Shown here: positions 39,474 through 52,603 of the stretch, in pieces
Position numbering within the stretch: position 1 is the first letter of the stretch
Layout: every line of letters begins with the position of its first letter
Source: Syncephalis fuscata S228
Lineage: Eukaryota > Fungi > Zoopagomycota
Assembly: GCA_025786725.1 (NCBI GenBank)
Contig: JAHLTZ010000020.1
Location: 1 to 64,000, forward strand
DNA length: 64,000 nucleotides
Reading direction: 5' to 3'
The notes under the pieces: model-generated
Told to the model about the DNA's origin: nothing
Seen by the model: only the letters and a program-made list of their open reading frames with translations
Database searches by the model: none
Made by a program: the position numbers and the translations under genes

Positions 39474-42400
39474 ATGGAGATTCCCGTAACGGTGAATGTC
39501 CAGTCTAAGGCAAGTTAACTATCGAATATTTGGAGAAAGCACAATTAATAATACTTGCCATAGGCGATGAATAAGCCAACACACGATGGTGCCATGAACG
39601 ATAACTGGCTTTTATGGTAAGTACTACCTAGAATACCATTATAGCTGTACAGCTTCTTATAGATGTTATTTAAAGGATTGATTGGATTTTTATACTGTCC
39701 ATATCCTTTTCTATAGGCTATTTATGGCAACTATTCAAACTATGGACCCGTGAAAGAAATGAATCTACACAAGCATCTAATGATTTGCATGGCCATCCAA
39801 GCGATCAATCAGCACTACTGGCATCCAATAGATCAGATAGAAGTAATGAGGGCAACTACGGCACTATAGGATGGTCACCATCATCGCCAATATCAGCAAC
39901 ATCTGTATCTGATAGTGGCACCGATGCTCCAATATCATATACTAGGACCGCTTTATTCAGTTACGATAACTTTATAGTTTACAGTGCACAATTTTGTTTA
40001 GCGTTTATTATCTCTCTATTGGGTGTTATTCAATGGAGATGGTGGCTATCGAATATGGGATCATCTACACCTGTCACACCTGTCATATCAAATTGGCGTT
40101 CATTAGAATTGATTTTAGACTATTCAGTATGGGTAAGTTTAATATAAATATGCTATATTATATTGATTGCCATTATATAGATCACTATTCTTGTAGGCAC
40201 TGGATATCAAATGTGGTGTATTCAACAACAAGCATCCCAAAATACACTATCCAGATCTGCCTATAATTTAAATAAGCGACTCCATAATCCACTTGCCTAC
40301 ATCATTTTTGCAAGTTCAATCTACACAGGAGTTCATTTAGTAGCCGATTTATACTATGGCTTTTTAATACCGCCCATGCATATTCTAACTCATGATACGC
40401 TAAATAATAATAACAACGAGACACTATCCATTTTTTCTAAAAAGAATGTAATAATACAAGATATTATATTGTTACGCTTAATTGTAGTCGTTACTGCTTT
40501 AACAACTTTACTATTCCTTCGACGTCCCATCGATGATACAGATGGTGCAGCTGTAGGTGAAGATGGTAGATTAATGACCCGTGAAGCCGGTGCATCCATC
40601 TGGGAATGTATGTCATTTTCATGGCTATCTCCGTTAATGAAAGCAGGACGGCAATCGGGTCGGATAGAAGAGGCTGATTTATGGGAATTAATGACACCAG
40701 ATCAAGCGAGTAAGGCGACACAAGCATTTGCATCAAATAGGTAATAGTTATAACACCGTTGGATTACTGTAATAACTAATGAATGTTATTGTAGACACTC
40801 TAATCTATTAATATCGTTATTAAGCACATTTAAAATCGATTTACTAAAACAGATGGGATTTGCCTGTTTATGGAGCCTATTCATGTATTCGCCGCCACTA
40901 TTTCTTAATCGTTTACTAGATACCATTTCTTTAAGAAATAAGCACCGAGATACTATACCAACCCATACTGTCCAAACAGACTATATAGACTATGCTTACT
41001 TTGATGCATTGGGTCTTTTACTGGGTACTCTCTTTATGAGTGCATGTTTACAACAAGCAGCATTCTACGGTCAACATGTGGCTGTACGTACCCGGGCTAT
41101 TCTTTCAAGTCTTATATTTGAAAAGTGTTTAAGGCGACGTGTCTATCAAACAACACCGTCAAAGAAAGATGATTGTCGGAAACGGAATAAAACAGCCACC
41201 ATCCATGAAGATAACAATAATGGACAAGAGACACCGGTACCTCATATAGTAGTTATAGAAGAAGAAGAAGAAAAGAAGAAGAAGAAGAAAGATAAAGCAG
41301 AAAAGGACGACACGCCTACAGTTAAAGATGCTGGATCCATTACTAATTTGTTAAATGTTGACGTTCAACATATTAGTGATGCATTCAGTTATACACATTT
41401 GTTTGTTGGTAGTGTGATTCAAATTGCAGTAGCTCTTACATTCCTATCATTTTTATTGGGATGGGCTACAGCATTTGGTATTGCCAGTATGTTGCCAGTC
41501 TATTGGGCATCTCGTTATGTAGGACGTAATTTTACTCAAGTTATGGCCCAACTTTTAAGTGCATCAGATAACCGACTATCCATTATGAATGAAGTAAGCT
41601 TATTTGTTTAATTGATTTATTTATTAATTAATTAATTAACACGTAACACGTAACACTTTTAGGTGATGCAAACGATACGAATTATTAAATTATTTGCCTG
41701 GGAGCCACAATTCTCGGATAGAATAATGAAGGCACGAGAGACGGAATTAAAGGTGCTATGGCAAAGAATGATGATGTTTATTGCCTTTATGTCTATTAGT
41801 ATGGGTGGACCTGTACTTATTATGTCAGTGACCCTTGGTGCTTACACAACACTGCTTCAACAAGCATTGACACCTTCAGTGGCATTTACTACTGTTGCAT
41901 TGTTTAATTCGTTAAGACGAGCTGTGGAACAATTTCCTGAAATGTTATTCTGGCTATTACAATGCCGTGTGAGTTCACATCGTATTGATACTTTTCTATC
42001 AGAAGAAGAAGTAGCAGTGCTACCTAAACCGTCATCTTATACGGCTACTGTTGCCAATAGTAACAGCAGTGCTTCAAATATGAATATAGGATTTACGCAT
42101 GCTTTCTTTAGTTGGAATAACACAACCATTGACTGCCCCTCTGACACAGCCACGGTAAAAGACGAATTACTTGAATCATTTTTAGTAAATGAAGATAATG
42201 AAAGAGAAGAGTCACGTGGATTTTGTTTAACTGATATACATATACAATTTCCAATTGATGAATTGACAGTAATAGCCGGTTCTACAGGCAGTGGTAAATC
42301 ATCTTTATTACTGGCGCTATTAGGTGGTAAGTAATTAATATTATTATATTTATTAATTATTAATTATTATATGTAGAAATGTCCCTTACGAGAGGACAGA

Positions 42401-45400
42401 TCCACTTTCCTAAACGTAACTCAAATGCATGTTCGGTCAACATGGATCATGAAGTGGCCTATGTAGCACAGCAGGCCTGGTTACAGAATGTTACTATTAG
42501 AGAAAATATTCTATTTGGTATGCCTTATGATGAGGCACGTTATCGCCAAGTAGTATATGCGTGTGCTTTAGAAAGAGACTTTGAAATTCTAGATGCAGGT
42601 GACCAGACTCAAGTGGGCGAGAAAGGAGTAACACTTTCTGGTGGTCAGAAACAACGTGTGGCCTTAGCGCGTGCCGTTTACAGTCGGGCTCGCCATCTAC
42701 TACTTGATGACTGTTTATCGGCCGTGGATGCCCATACGGCAAAGCATATTGTTGACTACTGCTTAACCAGCCCATTGATGTATGGCAGAACACGTATTCT
42801 AGTGACCCATCACGTTGAGATGTGTTTAGCCGATGCAACATTAGTGGTAGTGTTACGGGCAGGACGTATTATGGTACAAGGCACAGCGGATGCCGCACTG
42901 GCCTCAGGCTGGCTACCAAGCTGTTCTGAATCCATGACCACGAGTAGACAAGGTACACCCCGACCAAGTAGACCGGCATCTATTCGGGAACGACTTAATG
43001 CACTCGGCAGTCCCGATGATGGCGAGAGTAGTGGTGATAACTCTATATCACTAACCCTGGATGCTATTCCTAAAGGACATAGCCGTCGTCATGGTCGTCA
43101 GAAGAAAAAGCGTAGTAAACAGCCCACCAACAGCATCAACGACGTCGTCGACAAATTGGTGTTATTAATTCAGCGGCCGAAGAAGAACCAGAAGATGACG
43201 AGGACACGAATGGCGGTGAAACGGCCGGAACAGATAACGGCGACTCATCCAATATTAGTCGCTACGATGGCCGATTAGGCGAAGAGGAACAGAGAGCTAG
43301 GGGCCACGTCAATATGGATGTCTATCGAGCTTACATAAAGGCCAGTGGTGGCTACCAATACTGGGTGCTAGTTATATTGTTACTAGTTGCTATGCAAGTA
43401 TTTGTCTTTGCCCAACCTTACTGGTTAAGAATATGGACCAACTCGGTGACTAGCCACAAAGATCATGGTGCACCCCACTCGTCGCATTTCTATTTGGGTA
43501 TTTATGCACTATTAGGGGATTAGTTGTGATGGCTGTGGCGATTCGACACTATGTTATTATTGTTGGCACAGTACGAGCGGGTAGAAATCTGCACCAACAA
43601 TTAACCGATCGTATATTACATGCCAAATTACGTTTCTTTGACGCCACACCTGTAGGCCGTATTATGAATCGGTTTAGCAGAGATATTAGCGCCATTGATC
43701 AAGAACTTACTATTGCTCTTGGATTCTTCCTTATTGATCTTATTGAAATTGGTGCTATTGTGCTAATGATTAGTGTGGTGACACCATGGTTCTTAGTGGC
43801 GGGTATTGGTATTGGTAGGTTTATTTACGATAAATTAATAGAATTACACTAACAGTTGGACAATTAAATAGCCGCTGTCTACTTTGTAGTAGCATCACGA
43901 TTTGTTGCCGCTTCTCGTGATTTGAAACGACTAGAATCTGTGTCAAAGTCGCCGTTCCTTTCTCTGCTAAACGAAGCTCTACTGTAAGTTATACGGCGTC
44001 TATTATCTTCTTCTTACTTTTACTAATGTATTTATAGTGGTGTTACGACAATTCGAGCATTTGGAGCACAGGATCGCTTCTCAGTTGATAGCTTAATACG
44101 TGTGGATGCCATGAATCGGCCCACTTATCATTTAGGTGCGGCAAATCGTTGGCTTAGTTGGCGTACCTATTTGGCTGGCTCTTTTGTTAGCTTTTTCACT
44201 GCTATCTTCATTCTGATTAGTCTAGACCATATTGATGCTGGTCTAGCTGGATTTACGCTAAGTACTGCATTAATGTTCTCCGAAATCACCATGTGGACCG
44301 TTACCTTCTATGGTATGCTGGAAATGAGCATGAACGGTGTAGAACGTGTACACGAATACTTGCAAATTGATCAGGAACCACCTGCAATTATCGAATCGTC
44401 GCGACCAGCCCCAGAGGTAAGTAAATTATAGGCTAAAACCACTCGATACTAACTATAGATTAATAAATGAATAGTGGCCACAAAAAGGTTTAATACAAGT
44501 AGAAAACCTGGTTATACAATATTCACCACTACATACGCCGGTCATTCGTGATTTATCATTTACCGTACAGCCAGGCGAGCGTGTAGGCATTGTTGGAAGA
44601 ACTGGTATGGTGAATTGTACACGATTAATGGTTTTATTAACATAAAATATAGGTGCTGGTAAATCTACACTGGCCGTAGCATTCTTCCGCTTTGTCGAGG
44701 CTACAAGCGGCACCATCGCTATTGATGGCGTAAACATTGCCAATATTGGTCTTCATGATCTACGCTCTCGATTGACCATTATTCCGCAAGATCCAATTCT
44801 ATTTAATGGTACTATTCGTAGTAACTTAGATCCATTTTCGATACATTCCGACGATGCTATATGGAATACATTGCGACGCAGTCATTTGATTGGGCAAGTG
44901 GATGGTCAAGAGTTCTATCCGGCTGGTTTAGAAAGTTTAGATGCACCAGTGTCAGAAAATGGTGTTAACTTTAGTCAAGGACAGCGCCAATTATTAGCTA
45001 TGGCGCGAGCATTGCTATGCAGTAGCAAGGTTAGTCATTTAACTGTACTAAAATACAAGCATTTAAAAACTAATTACACAATAATAGCTTATTATCATGG
45101 ATGAAGCGACAGCCTCAGTCGATTTTGAGACTGATACTCTGATTCAACAAACGGTGCGCAATGAATTTACAGATGCATCACTGCTCTGCATTGCTCATCG
45201 CCTACGCACTATTATCGACTACGATAAAGTATTAGTCATGGGTAGGTGATTGATTTAATATTGTGTAGCTATTTTATTTACAAATATCCATAGATGCTGG
45301 TCGATTGGCAGAATACGATTCTCCATCAGTGCTTATTCAGCAAAAGGACTCGATATTCCGTAAACTTTGTGAACAATCGGGTGAATTTGATGTTTTACTA

Positions 45401-45421
45401 GCAATGGCAACAGGTGTTTAA
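39474..45421 (+). CDS. ABCC/MRP-type ABC transporter (Ybt1/Bpt1-like; multi-exon, apparent indels ~43150 and ~43520)
   Basis: Two TMD-NBD halves: GSTGSGKSS / [14 protein letters not shown] / LLDD; GRTGAGKST / FSQGQRQL / MDEATASVD. Confidence 0.95.
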
Positions 45422-45699
45422 GTCAGTGTAATAAAATATCTTAAATAGATGCAAGCAAATAATGGTATTGAATTATTAGTGATTTGTTACATTTTCAATA
45501 TAATAATGTAAATAATCGTGCACCATTTGCAGGTTGTAATTGTTAGTCGTTGATATACAAAATAGTAAAGATTACATTAAAATTCAACTGCTACAATTTT
45601 GATTAAATTTAATTAGTTTAATTAGTGCTATTAAACAATTTAATTTATTTATTAAAGTAAACTTTTTCGTAATTCTTTCTAAACAATTCTTACTTTATT

Positions 45700-46049
45700 G
45701 TCTATAGCATATTTAGCTTACTCGATTTTTCTAATATTGCTATGACTTTGATTATGAAATCTTTGCTCAATAATTTTCTATAATTAATCACATCTTCAAT
45801 CTTTTTTAATCAAATGGTCTAGTGCTTTTCAAAGTTTTGCGGTCCCATCAGTGCCATTGTTTTCATCATTACTATCATTTTAAACATGCCACATATTTAG
45901 ATTAACTTTAGGATATATTCTAGCAGAATACCTATTGATGGCATCATGGTTGAAATTGTCCAAAACCAAGCTATGACTTGCTGGTAAGACGGTGACAAAC
46001 ACCAATATCTCGAATATAGTCAAACCAGTATAGTAATAATAATATTCAT
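45700..46049 (-). pseudogene. Possible decayed small secreted-protein gene
   Basis: MNIIITIL..TIFEILVFVTVLPASHSLVLDNFNHDAINRY... signal-peptide-like reading interrupted by a frameshift and stops. Confidence 0.25.
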
Positions 46050-47322
46050 ATTAATAATGGCTTAGCGTTGTCTTATAATATACGCAATCAAAGTAAATAA
46101 CAAAATAATATCGACATCATTTTAACTATATTATATATAATTTATATCACTTGCGAATAAACAACAACTCAGTAACAAGTTTTAGGCAAATGCCAGTTTT
46201 ATTGACACATTATTATTTAGATACATAGTTAATAACAATAAAAATGAATGAATGCGCTGTTTAACGTTTTTAATAATTAAAATATGTTATTACTCTAACT
46301 ACATGCTGGTCATAAATGTAATGCAAGCGCTTTTTATTCTATATATTTTTACAAATACTAAATTGTATTAGATTGTATGATAAACTATAGTATAGACAAG
46401 AATTAAATTAATATGTGCTAATTTTAAAATATGCTAATCTAATACAAAGCTGTATGAATTATGCTACATTATTGATAAGGCATTCTTTGGAGTTATAACT
46501 AAATTAGTACTAAATGCTTGATTCATTTCAAAATAAATTTTTTATATTTGCTAAATCATGGCTTTAGACTGAAGTATTTCAATTGTTTAAATTCTTATTC
46601 TGTTATTTAATATAATTAGTAAAGAAATACTCGTATTCTTGATATATAAAAACCACTATGGCATAGTACATCCAGTTTTTCATATTTATCTAAAATATAG
46701 CATGTTGCACTATATTGTTACATTGTACCTTGTGCGTTACATAGTCTGATGGTTTATGAATATAAATTGTTTCACAAGAATTAAATCTTTGTTGGTATAT
46801 AGTTACATGCGTAACATCTTACTTGATAGCTTCGCAAAAATACAATATATAAAGAAAACAATATTTTATTACTATGACAAAGGTATGGAGTACAATGCAA
46901 TAAAATTTTTTTAGAGTAGTAGCTTACATCTACTATTCCAATGTAAACAACAAGGTACATCGAAAATGGCATCAAGTCTAAAACAATAAGCATGTTACAG
47001 TGTGACAGCATTAGTATTGTACAATAAAGTTTATACAATAAACAATAAAGTATATTTGATGTAATAATTAAATGTTTTTGAAAACGCAAAACACCTATGT
47101 TGGTTTCGTTTGTAGTTTTAAAAACCAACAGAGCAAGCAAATATTACGTTTCAACAAATTTGATTGTTTAATATTAGTATTTAAATAATATTTGACTTTC
47201 TGGATATACAGCAATTATTTACAAATCAAATTATCACACACATCACTTATAATATCTACATTTCAATACACTCTCATAAATTTTAAAAAGTTTACACATT
47301 AGCACTACAAGCGTTTACAACA

Positions 47323-48234
47323 ATGTTTAAGCTGGACTTAATCACAACATTGGCCATCATTGTAATTGCAACATCACACATGACAAAAGCCACTCCATTC
47401 AATCCAGTAATGAAAATTGCTGGAGGCTACAGAACCACAATCACTGAGTTTCCTTTCGCCGTGCGTCTTTTACGCACTCAAAATTATATATGTTCAGGTT
47501 CCATTATCGGCGACCGCTGGATCTTGACGGCCGCCCATTGCATAATTGATATCGATGAATCTAAAAAAACAAAAAGAGTAGTTATAAGAGACCCATCAAA
47601 ATATGCTATTAACATTGGATTGAACTCGGATGTAAATCCCAATTCAATTGTTTCAAAAAATGTCTATGCACATCCTAAGTATAACTGGAACACTGCTAGA
47701 TATGATGTTGGTTTACTGGAATTAAGTCAACCAATCAAGTTCACTGATGCTATCCAGTCTGTCAAGCTTATGAAGGATGAATCCAAACTGCCAGTAAATC
47801 AGATGCTTACAGTCGTTGGATGGGGCAAAGAGCAAGCCCACAAATTTGCAACAAAACTAAACCGAATTGAGCTTCCCAATGGAAGTCCAGAGTTTTGTGC
47901 TAAAGCTGATGGAAACTATTTAACATATCGTGATCAATTAATGTGTACTGCGTATGCACCTAGAAAAGTTATTTGTGGCGGAGACTCTGGGGGTCCTTTA
48001 TTGATCAAGGTAGCAAACTCTAACGGTGCTGTCGGCAAAAGAGCTGCTGCATCATGGTTACAGGCTGGTATTACCAGTTATACGCAAAATACGCTACGTC
48101 GCGATTCACGCATTTGTGGTGAAGAGGGCAATGTAGGATTTTATGCTCGTGTAGATTATTTTATCCCTTGGATTGCTAAAACCACCAGATTACCTATTGA
48201 TCAATTTACAGCATCACTACCAAGAAATGTTTAA
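47323..48234 (+). CDS. Secreted S1 serine protease, paralog 2
   Basis: Signal, K|IAGG, LTAAHC, DVGLL, RKVICGGDSGGP. Confidence 0.96.
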   Translation: MFKLDLITTLAIIVIATSHMTKATPFNPVMKIAGGYRTTITEFPFAVRLLRTQNYICSGSIIGDRWILTAAHCIIDIDESKKTKRVVIRDPSKYAINIGLNSDVNPNSIVSKNVYAHPKYNWNTARYDVGLLELSQPIKFTDAIQSVKLMKDESKLPVNQMLTVVGWGKEQAHKFATKLNRIELPNGSPEFCAKADGNYLTYRDQLMCTAYAPRKVICGGDSGGPLLIKVANSNGAVGKRAAASWLQAGITSYTQNTLRRDSRICGEEGNVGFYARVDYFIPWIAKTTRLPIDQFTASLPRNV

Positions 48235-49606
48235 AGCCAAATAAATAGTTCAGTAATTATTTACCTAGTCCAATAAATAGATACTCAATTGATTGATTTA
48301 GCTGTTTTTATCTTGTTTAATACTTTTGTTGCTTTAGTCAGACTTCAATGGTCATTAATAATTGCTGTGAATTTATTTATATGCCTACTATTTCAAGAAA
48401 CCATAATATGTATATAGCAGTAAGGGCATTGCTTGGGTAATTGAATATACATGGCGCATCCATACCACCAGCTTATCTGAGGCTGAAAGACACTTTTTTA
48501 TTATGATAACGAAGGGTACACATTAATAAGTATCATTTATACATTGCTACATGCTAAATAGAATTGCCAATACACTTAAACTGTGTTGATTTTTATCACG
48601 ATTTTGTTTTATTGCAAATCGTGATGACGTATAATGTTGTATTTGTTTCTTTACATCTTTATTTTTGCTATCTGCTACAGCTAATACAAAGAGATTATTA
48701 TCGATATGTATTGACCACTGTAGCTATGCCGCATCCAGTATTTTCATACTCGTTTAAAATCTTACATACAATGACATACTGCTATATCTCACATTGTGTG
48801 TAACACAACCCATCAGTTTATAAATACAGGTTAGTTGACGGGAATTAAGTCTTTGTTGCAATATAGTGGCCGCAACGTTCTATTTTCCAGGTTTATAGTG
48901 TATCGGCATCTGCTGACTTACAGGTAAAGAGGAAACAGTGTAAATATTAATGCTACACACAAAGGATATACATATGAACACGTGATAGCATATATGACAA
49001 AGGTATGGCGCACAATGCAATAGGAAAGATTTTATGGGGTAGTAGCTTACATCTACTATTCCAGCATATATAGAAAGGCATATTGGGGATAGTACCCAGT
49101 CTAAAATGGTCAGCATGTTACAATGTAGCAGTATTAGTATTGTGCGGGTCCAAATAATAATAACAGCCCCCAAAAAACAATGGATTTATTTATTATTGCT
49201 TTTAGTTTTAATTTTGTAGCGTTGCAGTTTATACCAAAAAATAGCTTAGCACCAATATTGATTGATAGCTAAATTTAATTTATTTACTATCTGTATCGTT
49301 TATTGCTTAATCGTTATTTTGAGTAAATAAAATAACCTTGTTGCAATAAAAAAAGTGCTTATGGTAGTATAAAGCATGCTATGTTGGTTTCATATGTGGG
49401 CTCAAGAACAAAGAAAATCAGTTAATATTACGTTTCAACAAATTTGATTGTTTAATATTAGTATTTAAATAATATTTGACTTTCTGGATATACAGCAATT
49501 ATTTACAAATCAAATTATCACACACATCACCTATAACATCTACATTTCAAGTGCAATCTCATAAATTTTAAAGCCTTACACATTAGCACTACAAGTGTTT
49601 ACAACA

Positions 49607-50527
49607 ATGTTTAAGCTGGACTTAATCACAACATTGGCCGCCATTGTGATTGCAACATCACACATGGCAAAAGCTACTCCATTCAATCCAGTAATGAAAA
49701 TCGCTGGAGGCGATAGCACCACAGTTACCGAGTTTCCTTTTACTGTGCGTCTTGTATACGATAGAACCTACTCATGCACAGGCTCCATCATTGGAGACCG
49801 CTGGATATTAACTGCCGCCCATTGTATAGTGGACACTGGAGAGTCTAAAAAAACCGGAAAAAGAGTTATAAGAAATTCATCAAAATTTGATATCAACATG
49901 GGACAAGACTCGAATATAAATCGGAATCCAATTGTTCCAAAGAGTGTTTATGTACATCCCAAGTATGACGGAATTATTGCTAGATATGACGTTGGTTTAC
50001 TGGAATTAAGTCAACCGCTTAAATTTACCGATTCTGTCCAGCCTGTCAAATTTATAAAGGATGAATCCAAATTAGCAGTAAATCAGATGCTCACAGCTGT
50101 TGGATGGGGCCAAGATCTAACGCAAAAATCTGTATCAAAACTAAACCGTGTTGACCTCTCCAACGGAGGTTCAGAGTATTGCGCCAAATCTCATCCAAAT
50201 TTTCTACCATATCGTGATCAATTATTGTGTAATAGATATGTACCCAAAAAGGGCACCTGTCACGGAGATTCCGGTGGTCCTCTATTGATCAAGGTAGCGA
50301 ACTCTAACGGTGTTGTCGGTAATAAAGCCGCTGCAGCATGGCTACAAGCTGGTGTTACTAGCTTTGGCTACAATATACTAAACCGCGACTCAGACGCTTG
50401 TGGTGCAGAAGGAACTATAAGCTTTTTTGCTCGTATAGATTATTTTATATCATGGATTGCTCAAACTAGCGGAATGCCTGTTGGTCAGTTTACGGCACCG
50501 CTACCAAAGCAATTGGAAGCTAAATAA
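49607..50527 (+). CDS. Secreted S1 serine protease, paralog 3
   Basis: MFKLDL signal, K|IAGG, LTAAHC, KKGTCHGDSGGP. Confidence 0.96.
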   Translation: MFKLDLITTLAAIVIATSHMAKATPFNPVMKIAGGDSTTVTEFPFTVRLVYDRTYSCTGSIIGDRWILTAAHCIVDTGESKKTGKRVIRNSSKFDINMGQDSNINRNPIVPKSVYVHPKYDGIIARYDVGLLELSQPLKFTDSVQPVKFIKDESKLAVNQMLTAVGWGQDLTQKSVSKLNRVDLSNGGSEYCAKSHPNFLPYRDQLLCNRYVPKKGTCHGDSGGPLLIKVANSNGVVGNKAAAAWLQAGVTSFGYNILNRDSDACGAEGTISFFARIDYFISWIAQTSGMPVGQFTAPLPKQLEAK

Positions 50528-51275
50528 ATAAACCACTAATTTGTCTGATTTCATTTTAGCTAATACTTTTATTAATGTAATTAAATCAATATACATATCG
50601 CATTCGCATTAGCCAATTTTACTTAAGTCTAAAGAATAATTTTTTTGTTTGTAGATTGTACATACTGCGCCATATTGCTACGCACTCTTTCTCTGGATTT
50701 TCGACGGCTTAATAAGTACAAATAAATAATAATCTACATAAATCAAAATCCTTGTTGATCTATAAATAGTAACACAACTCAACGTAGCATCTAGGTAACA
50801 ATAGCTTAGAATAGATGGGAGTTGATTTTTATTTCTACTTTTATTTTATACCTGTTTTTAATCTGGTACAATCTACACTAGAAATACAGTCTATTAAAAA
50901 CATTAACTAATGTTCAGATCAAATCTATTTACTATTGGTACATTTTGTTGCTTAAGCGTCATTTTAAGTAAATAAAAATGCTTTATTGTAATAGGAACAA
51001 TGGTCATGGTGGCATAAGGGACGCAATGTCGATTTCATTCATAAATCCAAAGACAAAGAACACGAGTCAATATTGTACTCCAAAGGCCTGATTGTCCAAC
51101 ATTGCTATTTAAATGGCCCCAGTTTTTTAGATTTACAAGAGCTATCCAAACATCAAACATTACTCTGATCGTCTATAGCATTCGCATTTTCAGCATTATC
51201 CGGCAGCATCTTTAAGCGTTATCTGGCAGCATCTTCAAGCATTTCTGTTTATAAGCACTACAAGGATCTGCAGCA

Positions 51276-52199
51276 ATGGCTAAAACGGACTTCCTAACAG
51301 TGTTTACCATCACCGCCTTTGCAATATTGCATGCAGCAACAGCTATTCCATTCAACCCAGTGATGAAAATTGCTGGGGGCGACATCACTACAGTTACCAA
51401 GTTTCCATTTGCCGCGCAGCTTGTATACGATCGAAGCGGCTTATGCACAGGTTCCATTATTGGAGACCGCTGGATCTTAACTGCCGCTCACTGCTTGGTG
51501 GACACTGAAGAGTCTAAAAGAACAGGAACAAAAGTTATAAAGAATCCATCGAAATTTGATATCAACATTGGACAAGACTCGAATATAAATCAAAATCCAC
51601 TTGTTCCGAAGAGTGTCTATGCACATCCCGAATATAACTGGAACAAAATTGGTAAATATGACATTGGCTTATTGGAATTAAGTCAACCGCTTAAATTTAC
51701 CGACTCTATCCAACCTGTCAAGCTTATAAAGGATGAATCCAAATTATCAGCAAATCAACCGTTCACAGCTGCCGGATGGGGCAAAGATTTAACGCAAAGA
51801 TCCACATCAAAACTAAATCGAGTTAATCTTTTCAATGGAGGACCAGAGTATTGCGGTAGAATTAATCCAGGCTATCCAGCATATCGCGATCAATTACTAT
51901 GTACCAAATATATACACAAAAAAACTCCTTGTAGTGGAGACTCTGGTGGCCCTCTATTAGTTGAAGTAATAGATTCTAGTGGCACTGTTGGTAGAAATGC
52001 CGCCGCAGCATGGCTACAGGCCGGTGTAATTGCTTCTGTTTACAATCCACGAAGGAATGATTTTAGTATCTGTGGTTCAGAAGATGATGTAGAATTTTAT
52101 GCGCGTACAGATTATTTTATACCATGGATTGCTCAAACTAGCGGAATGCCTATTGAACAGTTTACAGGATTGTTACCAAAACAATTTGAAGCCTACTAA
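51276..52199 (+). CDS. Secreted S1 serine protease, paralog 4
   Basis: Signal, K|IAGG, LTAAHC, KKTPCSGDSGGP. Confidence 0.96.
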   Translation: MAKTDFLTVFTITAFAILHAATAIPFNPVMKIAGGDITTVTKFPFAAQLVYDRSGLCTGSIIGDRWILTAAHCLVDTEESKRTGTKVIKNPSKFDINIGQDSNINQNPLVPKSVYAHPEYNWNKIGKYDIGLLELSQPLKFTDSIQPVKLIKDESKLSANQPFTAAGWGKDLTQRSTSKLNRVNLFNGGPEYCGRINPGYPAYRDQLLCTKYIHKKTPCSGDSGGPLLVEVIDSSGTVGRNAAAAWLQAGVIASVYNPRRNDFSICGSEDDVEFYARTDYFIPWIAQTSGMPIEQFTGLLPKQFEAY

Positions 52200-52603
52200 A
52201 ATAAGCAGAGCATTTGTCGATTTACTTAATCAAGCACAATAAACAACTGAACAAATCAACTTATCTGTTGCTATTTTGCTTAATATTTGTTATTACTGCA
52301 ATCAAATTGTGATAATAATAATAACTTTAAATGGACTGATGCAGCTATCACTGTTACCCCAGGGGAATCATGCAAGGGACATGTTTATTATTAATCGTCA
52401 ACCAAAGTTAACGTATCACTTTCATAGTGTGTCATCATTCTGACCCCTTATTACACTCCTGCATTTGAGCTGTAAAAGTTCATCGGACTATAATTATATA
52501 AATAATGCCAATATATAATTAATCATGTTTCCTTTGTTAACATTATCGTATAAATCTTATTTGTTTGCTTTTATACACCTAGATTCATAGGCATTATTCT
52601 AAA

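Noticed and set aside
4975-43530. Recurrent -1 frameshifts in protease 1, SEY1, UGT, LRR, ZIP, MTRR (x3) and ABC, considered as programmed frameshifting, RNA editing or mass pseudogenisation
   Set aside because: Nearly all are one missing base in a short homopolymer, in otherwise conserved genes without nonsense codons: typical long-read consensus error. Short-read polishing would decide.
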